DNA of 63,365 nt, filler included, from Lenisia limosa (lineage: Eukaryota > Protista > Breviatea), in assembly GCA_001655205.1 (NCBI GenBank). It is 12 parts of 12 records of this genome, joined end to end, with 100 filler letters (N's around TTAATTAATTAA, not from the genome) between each part and the next. Parts side by side here need not be neighbours in the genome. Positions count along the whole stretch, not along the records: positions 52,620 to 54,395 come from LPNZ01011394.1; positions 54,496 to 55,780 come from LPNZ01000557.1; positions 55,881 to 63,365 come from LPNZ01006306.1; 9 more parts are not named here. One strand, 5' to 3'. Of this stretch, positions 52,633 to 61,399 are shown piece after piece. A program made the translations under genes and the position numbers. Under the pieces are notes generated by a model. That model had not been told where the DNA came from. It searched no databases and was given only the letters and a program-made list of their open reading frames with translations. Each line of letters opens with the position of its first letter. Position 1 is the first letter of the stretch.

Positions 52633-55600
52633 ATACCTGTAGGGAGTACCTGGTAGCAATGGTACCCGGGTTATGCAATTTGACTGTGATTGTGGGGGGG
52701 AAGGCTGCATTGAAGGTCCCAAGTTGAACTGGCGTGTGAGTAATGTAAGTAATGTTAGTATGAAACTGCAAGCATTGTAAGTAATGTTAGTTACTAAGTT
52801 CAAGACTGGCTTGAATGTAAATAGCGTGTGTAGAGAAATGTAAATAATACGAAGAGAGACATGCAGAGTGGGACTGTTGTGTAAGTAATGTAAGTATGGA
52901 AATGAAATAATATTAATAATGCTAATAAAATGTAAATATACTTAATACTAATTGAGTTGGACAAGAGGGACTTCACTCCGTTCAGGAAAAGATCGGTAAC
53001 TTATCGGTAGTTTTCGAGAAATTTTCGAATGATGTTGATAAAAAAGATGCCCCCCCCCCCCCNNNNNNNNNNNNNNNNNNNNNNNNNNNNNNNNNNNNNN
53101 NNNNNNNNNNNNNNNNNNNNNNNNNNNNNNNNNNNNNNNNNNNNNNNNNNNNNNNNNNNNNNNNNNNNNNNNNNTTGGCAGAAAATGACCAGTGTTTTTC
53201 AAAGAATGATGTCAAAGTTCTCAATTTTAAAATAGGTTCAATTACTTATCACGCGATATTTGATGGTCCAATAATACCTCACCCCCCCATACTAGCATCC
53301 GGGGTAGGAACCACAGAAGCCGTGCCGGCATGCAAAGATAATTGAATCTGGGGGGAGGGGGAGTAAAATTGGAAAATTTATGAAACAGAACATAATTGAA
53401 CCTGGGTGTAGTAATTAGGTTGTTTTTTTTCTTCTTTTTTTAAAGTCAATTCAACCATTATTGGGTTTACCCCCCCCCCCCNNNNNNNNNNNNNNNNNNN
53501 NNNNNNNNNNNNNNNNNNNNNNNNNNNNNNNNNNNNNNNNNNNNNNNNNNNNNNNNNNNNNNNNNNNNNNNNNNNNNNNNNNNNNNNNNNNNNNNNNNNN
53601 NNGCGTCCTCGGTTTCTATAGGGCTTTGCGGGCTGTTTTGTGAGTGCCATTGCTTCGTAAATGATATCCACAAGTGATATAATATGAGGGAGGAGTTGTG
53701 AGACTATTTGGTTATCAGAATTCAATCAAAATCAATAAAGATAATAACAAAAGAAAAAAACACAAAGGACAGTAATTGGTATAAAACACACATATCATAT
53801 AGAAAGATATATATATCGATATATATTACATGATATAGCTAGTATATGTATGTAAATACATAGCTATATAAAATATGCTCTAAATATATATATAATCAAA
53901 TAATACATAGTATATCAAATAATTATATCTATATATTGTATAAGTATACATATATATGTATTTGTATGTCATAGAGTATATGATAGATATTTATGTATGT
54001 AGTATATGAAATACTATACGATAACAATACGACGACCCGAAGGATTGCTCCATTCAAACCTAAAGACAATTCTGATTTCCCCTCGAGAGAAAGGGTCAAG
54101 GACCATTTGAGCAGGGTGGACGCTGACAGTGTTGGGAGGCACATTATTGACTAGGACCTACGGGGAAAAATAAAGGAGGACGTGTGTTGTAGTTTAGTTT
54201 AAATGTCAATAAATGCAAAAATCCACGATGAATACTTGATAAATCTGGACAAATTCCAATCAGTTGCCTTCACAGCTTACTGCGTGTTTCTCCGGTATAT
54301 AGTAATTCAAATCATTTGCCTTAAAACGCTGTACACACAGCTTTCTGCGTGCCTCCCCGTATACCTTGAGAGGGTAGTGGATGTCACCAGCGTTTNNNNN
54401 NNNNNNNNNNNNNNNNNNNNNNNNNNNNNNNNNNNNNNNTTAATTAATTAANNNNNNNNNNNNNNNNNNNNNNNNNNNNNNNNNNNNNNNNNNNNCCCCC
54501 CCCCCCACCTGAACGGCAAGATCGCCGGTGTTGACGATGTTGCGCGTGAGAGCCGAAGACATGCCCAGAGGCACGCGGCCAAAGTTGAGTGTGCCCATTG
54601 GGTCTATGGCCACCTTGGGGGGTTTAAACAATCGGTGGGTTTATATGGCTATTTGTGGCAATATTATATTATGGGTGTCTTGGGGGTGTACAGCACCACA
54701 TCCCATAGGTGGAGAGTATTATGGGGTTTTCTTTGTTTTTTGGGGGGATGGAGTGGAGCCAAGAGAATCCCCTTGGTAACCTTAAAACACCCAAAACCCT
54801 CGATAACCCCCAAAAGTTCATCTAATATCTCCACCAAAACTCCCCAAAAAAAATAGATACTTATCGAAAAACGCTAAATCGAAAACTACTCAAAACCCCC
54901 CAATAACCTTAACAACCCTGGACACGGCGTTGAACGGGATCAGATACGGGCTGATGCCAGGGAGGGCCGATTCACAGATCAGTGAGGCTTGCCAGCTAGC
55001 CGGTGGCAGGTTGAATTGAACGGTTAGATCGATCTGAGGGGGGAGGTAAAACGAAGGAAATTTACGAGACAAAGCCAAAAATCAACTCTGTTGGCTGACA
55101 ACACAACCCTTTCCCCACTTTGGTGAAGGCGGCAATGGTGGCCATTTCAGGGGTAACAGCAATGTGGTTCTGGGCCGTGGCCACCTGGGGTTATATCATT
55201 TTATATCTTTTTGTGAGGTGAAATACTATTTTAGCTACATCATGTTGATCAACATCCCACTTTTCGAGTCTCAATGGGCCGGGTTTTGATCGCGGTGTAG
55301 AAGTTCTGAAGCGCCTGGGTCCTTTCGCGTTTGGTTGGCTTACCATCTTCTCGGGCCTAAATAAATTAATTAAATCAATAAATAATAAATAATAAATAAA
55401 TTCTAAAGAAATAATAAAAATCATAAATAAATAATAAATAAAAAAAAAAAATTAATAGAGACTTGTATGATGGGAGGGGAAAATACGTAATGAAAGGAAT
55501 ACGGGGGGATTGGGTTGCGGTGACAGCATCATTGTGAATTATGGAGAGAGCAGACAATCATACTGTGAGTATATGGGAAGGGGGAATGACAAGTAGACAA

Positions 55601-55770
55601 GATGCTTTGGTGTTGTTATGGGGATTTACAGCGTTTTTAAGAAATCTTAGGTTAAGCCCCCCTCCCGTCCCCCGCGCCACTTTTCTTGACGCCAAATCGC
55701 GTATCTTCGACGCCATTCTAATTCCGATATCCTGGAGCTTCTGCGCGCCTTGAAGGGGGTCTGAACTTTC
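52633..55770 (-). CDS. Internal exons of a multi-ASH/PapD-like Ig-domain protein (HYDIN/CFAP47/CFAP65-like)
   Basis: KVAIDPMGTLNFGRVPLGMSSALTRNIVNTGDLAVQ; TITVKLHNPGTIATRYSLQ; NTVSVHPAQMVLDPFSRGEIRIVF; HIAVTPEMATIAAFTK|IDLTVQFN. Spans the spacer at 54396-54495. Confidence 0.6.
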
Positions 55771-56139
55771 CTTTTGGGGANNNNNNNNNNNNNNNNNNNN
55801 NNNNNNNNNNNNNNNNNNNNNNNNTTAATTAATTAANNNNNNNNNNNNNNNNNNNNNNNNNNNNNNNNNNNNNNNNNNNNGGGGGGGGGGGGATATTCAA
55901 CATGATATGAGATATAATTGATAGGTGGCTGTATTACATGATTATTGTGTGCGGGAGTAGTTCCTTTTTCCAATCTAACAAATCGAGCTGTCATGCAGTT
56001 TTTTTTACCTAATTCACCAGCCCTCGGCCCAAACGATTGCAATGGTTTCGCATAAGCGCGTTAGTTCCAAACTATCGTAGGGAAATGCACTGAATACTCC
56101 TTGTTTGTTTTACATTCAGCTTTCATTTGCAAGGTTTAT

Positions 56140-56680
56140 TATCACATCACCATCACCACCACCACCACTCAGCATCAGTACCATCACCATCATCATTATC
56201 ATCACCAACAACATCTTCTTCAACATCATCATCAGCAGCAGCATCACCACCATCATTAGCATCAGCACCATCATCATCATCCCCATCATCACCAACAACA
56301 ACATCATCAGTATCATTATCATCATCACCACCATCATCATTATCACCAACAACAACATCATCAGCATCATCATCACCATCAACGCATCACCACCACCATA
56401 ATCATCAGCATCATCACCATCACTATCACATCATCGCCACTATCATCATCATCACCATTACCATTACCATCAGCAGCAAACCACCATCATCAGCATCAGC
56501 ACCATCACCATCATCATCATCGCCATTATCATCATCATCATCAACATCATTCATCATCATCACAACCACCAACACCATCAGCATCATCATCATTATCATC
56601 ATTATCATCATCACAATTACCATCACATCATCACCACCATCATCATGATCACCAACACCACCAACACCACCATCATCTCA
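56140..56680 (+). repeat. Degenerate (CAT/CAC/CAA/CAG)n trinucleotide tract
   Basis: Visible low-complexity run of about 540 bp; produces spurious poly-H/S/I/M ORFs. Confidence 0.9.
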
Positions 56681-56699
56681 CCCTGTAGCACCCAGATTC

Positions 56700-59600
56700 A
56701 GGGGGATAACGTGGAAGCCTCGTTCTTTCAGTTCTACTGGTACCTTGGATTGGTAGGCTTTTCGTTCGGTTCTCAAAGATACATTGAGAAGTTCAGTCTT
56801 TTTCGAACTAAAGTGAATTCCCACTTCTAACATCTCTGCAGAAAACCCAAGTGGTGCTGTGCACCGTTTACCTCCTGACTGCAATTCCGCTTTTCTTCTC
56901 AGACGTTACTCTCGGCCTTGTGAGGGGGTGTCTTCTCTTGGGTTGAGAGAAGGCCTTCACTTTTGTTCGAAAAATACCGGTAAAATATCGATAATTTCTA
57001 ACCGAAGTGAAGCCTTAGTTGAGATGGTAGAAATAAACTTGGTGGTATGGGCCCTTTTTTCATCATCATCCTTTTGACAAAAACAGGCCAGATGGGTTGT
57101 TATCTTATCGATCTGCTCGTCAAATTTATTGTACCTTATCTTCCGTTTCTTCAACAGGACGATGTGGTTGGCTAAGCGTGCCATATATTTTTATCAAGTA
57201 AAATTCTAGATACAATTTTCAATATTAACCAGAATGTAATCTACCATCTTTTTTTAAGTATATTTATGATATACTATATGTATGTATACTATATGTATAC
57301 TGTATATATAGTAAGTAATATATATACTATATCGATATATCAAATCATATGTAGTTATATATAATATTTGTATTATATCTGTGTGTAATATATGATATAT
57401 GTTAATAAACAGCTATCTATATGTATATGTTAATAATATATAACACGCTCTTCATTATGACACCCCAGGCTCTCAAGGTACATGTTTTCCATTTTCATTT
57501 CTGCCAATGTCATTCTTTCTTCCGCCTTCCAGTCGGAACTGGATGAGGATCCGAGTGCTAGGTGGGAGGGATATGGATAATTTATGAAAATGAAAGTAAA
57601 ATAAAAGATTTAACTTTGACGGCTAAAAGATGGAAAATTTATGAAACAAAATGAACCCAGAATTAACTCTGCCGGCCTCCTCAATCATTTAGGAAACACA
57701 CAAAAACTTCGGTTCGACAATTAACTGAATTTCTCGATAAATCCTCGAAAACTATCGATAGATTACAGGTCTTTTTTGAACCGAAGTGAAGCCCTAGCTA
57801 GAAACATCAAAACCTATTGCTCTCTCATCTCTTCATATTATAGATATCAAGGCGGGAGGGGGGGGGTAACGATGTGTATTTAACAAGGCGTATGCTGGGG
57901 AGCAGAAAGCTGTGTTCACAAAGTTGTAAGGCGAATGATTGGGTGAATTAATATTTAACTAAAACCAATACTCTTGCGTGAATTAATACAACCCTCATGG
58001 AGGTGTAAATGTGCAAATGTATAATGGCATTTGCACTTCAATTTCCCTTTTAAGATGGAGGGGATATATAGAGCTTCAGTTTTCAATTCTAAAATGACAT
58101 TTTTAATAAACCTCAAGACAAAAACTTATTGTTCTCGTCTTTTTGGAATTCACAATAAACCATTCTCACAATTCCCAATAAAACTCCAGGATAATTCAAG
58201 CGGCGGGTGCGGCGGTTCTCTATTCCGTGGTTTCGCATGACCCCTTCCCAATAGCGTGAGTGGCTGAAGATCATATATCATACACGGTGTACAGTGACTG
58301 AGTCTTAGCACGATTGACTAAAGATAAAGCCCAGTATCTGTGTCAGGACTTATCACGGCCAGTGCATCATATGTGAAATCTTGTCTCTTCTTTCACGTGA
58401 ATTTTTCAAACGTTAAAACCACAATGACAGCGTGCAAATGTAATGGCAGTTGCACTTCAATTTCCCTTTTATAACTCATTCACAAGGGTGATTGTCTTCA
58501 TTCTGGGCTTCATCAAAATGCTCGTGATCATGGCTGTTGCTGATATCACCCAAACCTACTACCTCTATCATGTAAGCAGAGGAGGGCTTTTTCTATCATG
58601 TAAGGAGGGCATATTGGTGTATAAATCATGTTATCAGAATAAATGCGTGATGGTGTGGACAGAAAATTCCTCTTTTTATTCCTCATCTCTACAAACAAGC
58701 CAGATCTATTATTTTGATTTCTACTATTTTTTTTTTGTTTAATAAATTTTCCAATTTCATCCCCCCCCCCCCNNNNNNNNNNNNNNNNNNNNNNNNNNNN
58801 NNNNNNNNNNNNNNNNNNNNNNNNNNNNNNNNNNNNNNNNNNNNNNNNNNNNNNNNNNNNNNNNNNNNNNNNNNNNNNNNNNNNNNNNNNNNNNNNNNNN
58901 NNNNNNNNNNNNNNNNNNNNNNNNNNNNNNNNNNNNNNNNNNNNNNNNNNNNNNNNNNNNNNNNNNNNNNNNNNNNNNNNNNNNNNNNNNNNNNNNNNNN
59001 NNNNNNNNNNNNNNNNNNNNNNNNTTTTTATTATGGTTCTCTCAACATCTTGACACGTTTCAGTGCTTCCTGTTCACTCAAAGAGAGGAGAGTAGACGTA
59101 AGAGGATGGGGTGATGATGATGATGGTGATGCTGCTGCTGCTGCTGATGATGATGATAGTGTTTGTAATGATAGTGTTTGTAATGATGTTAATGTTGATA
59201 ATGGTGATGATGATGATGATGATGATGATGGTGTTTGTGATGATGTTAATGTTGATGTTGTTGTTGATGATGATGATGATTGTGTTTGTAATGATAGTTT
59301 TTGTAATGATGTTAATGTTGATAATGATGATGATGATAGTGTTTGTAATGATGTTATGTTGTTGTTGTTGTTGATGATGATGATGATGGTGTTTGTAATG
59401 ATGTTAATGTTGATGATGATGATGATGATGATGATAGTGTTTGTAATGATGTTAATGTTAATGGTGATGATGATATGATGATGGTGATATAAGAAACTGG
59501 AGATGATAGGAGCATAACCCCCAAAAACCATTTACCCGGATCCACCCCCAGAATCTCTGGAAGCCCTTCTTCCCCTCCANNNNNNNNNNNNNNNNNNNNN

Positions 59601-61341
59601 NNNNNNNNNNNNNNNNNNNNNNNNNNNNNNNNNNNNNNNNNNNNNNNNNNNNNNNNNNNNNNNNNNNNNNNNNNNNNNNNNNNNNNNNNNNNNNNNNNNN
59701 NNNNNNNNNNNNNNNNNNNNNNNNNNNNNNNNNNNNNNNNNNNNNNNNNNNNNNNNNNNNNNNNNNNNNNNNNNNNNNNNNNNNNNNNNNNNNNNNNNNN
59801 NNNNNNNNNNNNNNNNNNGAGGAGGTATGTCAAGGTATTCACTATACTCACTAGGAAAGTTGTGTACACAGAGTTGTCAAATGATTGGGTGAATTTATAT
59901 TATCCCGTATATAACCCCCCAGATCTTCATGATGCTTGATACGCTCTTCTCTGCTCTCGACACACTGGCTTGCCGGGCGCACTGTCACCGTCTCTACACC
60001 ATTGGCGATGCCTGGGTGGTGAGTGGAAATAAATATCGATATTTCACACTTTATATATTGAAATTTCACACTTTATATATCGATATTTCACACCCTTGGC
60101 AATGCCCGGTTGTGAATGGATACTTTATCAACAAAATATTTCCCTTAGTTTTACCTGAATAGAAGCCTGGGGGAATAGCATAGTAACTTGAGGAATGGAA
60201 TTAGGGATTCCCTACGGTCTCAAAAAAGACTGAATTTCTCGATCAATCCTCGACAAATATCGATATTACCGGTCTTTTTCGGACCGTAGGGAAGCCTAAA
60301 TGGAATAGTACCCAATATTTGACACTCAGTAAACCACCCTCACTTTACCCCATTTTTTCGTTGAAATTTTCTTCGTTTGTACGCTGGAGTGATGGGATGT
60401 GGTGCCGCAGAAGCGACCGGCCTGGACTTTGTTTGTTTTGTTATTATTAACCCTCGTGTGTTGTCAGCCAACAGNNNNNNNNNNNNNNNNNNNNNNNNNN
60501 NNNNNNNNNNNNNNNNNNNNNNNNNNNNNNNNNNNNNNNNNNNNNNNNNNNNNNNNNNNNNNNNNNNNNNNNNNNNNNNNNNNNNNNNNNNNNNNNNNNN
60601 NNNNNNNNNNNNATAGTGGCGTTCGGCCGCGCCATTCTACTGTATCTCCAGGAGAGACGCGTGGGTGGTGATCTTGTGACCTTATGATTGGCGGACCTTA
60701 TCAAACACTTATTAGAGGATATTTGGTATTTTATACGAAATTGGTGTTCCCTTTTCTGTGTTTGAGAGATTTTTTGCGATGTTTTACGATAATAGTGTTT
60801 ATTGGAAGCGACAAGCGTGCCCATGCGGATTGGTGGGGCGTCCGGCCCGGCTCTCGCTGCAGTTTTCCCGTCAAATCAGCCGCGATACCTCATGGTAGGG
60901 GGGGGGGGGGANNNNNNNNNNNNNNNNNNNNNNNNNNNNNNNNNNNNNNNNNNNNNNNNNNNNNNNNNNNNNNNNNNNNNNNNNNNNNNNNNNNNNNNNN
61001 NNNNNNNNNNATTTATACTCACTAATAGTGGGGGGAGGCGCTGGAAGAGGCCTCAAAAATGGAGTCTTTAGCTCGGCCGTACTCCCTCAGAATGGGTGCC
61101 AATCTTTACCACTGCTGTAGCAGTATTATCAAGAAGGGGTGGGCTTGAAATAGTTTTTTTGATGGTTCGTTTTAATTATGTCTGTAAATTTACAACTTTT
61201 TATTCTTATTTTAGTTTAAATTTTCGATAATTTTCAAATATAAACGCGAATATTTGAGAATAGTTTTAAAGCAAGTTGATTTCTGACCTTTGCAGAGTTA
61301 CCAAGCTTGATGATGGAGACTATGAACTGATTTTTAGCTAG
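56700..61341 (+). CDS. Multi-pass transmembrane class III nucleotidyl cyclase-like protein with a degenerate catalytic domain, 5'-partial
   Basis: Several hydrophobic exons, then IFMMLDTLFSALDTLACRAHCHRLYTIGDAWVV...VPMRIGGASGPALAAVFPSNQPRYLM|WGEALEEASKMESLARP...ELIFS*. Confidence 0.8.
59110..59485 (+). repeat. Degenerate (GAT/GTT/GGT)n tract with a recurring GTGTTTGTAATGATGTTAATGTTGAT unit
   Basis: Low-complexity intronic run of about 370 bp. Confidence 0.9.
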
Positions 61342-61399
61342 GTCATATTATTTTAGAGTTTTTGTGTGCTTATTTTAAGGTCTTTTCATGTTATGTATG

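Larger units (their letters stand above)
2695..55880. other. Eleven artificial scaffold spacers (44N-TTAATTAATTAA-44N) at 2695, 13483, 18448, 20132, 38292, 45336, 46785, 49622, 52520, 54396, 55781 (span gives first to last)
   Basis: Identical 100-bp layout each time; the 12-mer gives stops in all six frames. Confidence 0.97.
7089..57796. mobile_element. Further deleted or degenerate MITE-A copies at ~7089-7162, 16761-16840, 17205-17283, 18092-18185, 48917-48985, 52967-53030, 56754-56820, 56951-57017, 57706-57796 (span gives first to last copy, not one element)
   Basis: Each retains one or both TIRs (CTTCACTTCGGTTC / GAACCGAAGTGAAGCC) and/or the GAATTTCTCGATAAATCCTCG core. Confidence 0.75.

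Noticed and set aside
2695-55880. Recurrent TTAATTAATTAA motif inside N runs, and ORFs ending in 'LIN'
   Set aside because: It is an assembly spacer with an identical 44N-12-44N layout, not biology. Gene order across it is unreliable.
56105-56648. ORFs rich in His/Ser/Ile/Met
   Set aside because: They are translations of a trinucleotide tract that is open in several frames on both strands, with no splice support.
59031-59531. Asp-rich and Met-rich ORFs
   Set aside because: Same cause: an intronic GAT/GTT low-complexity tract.
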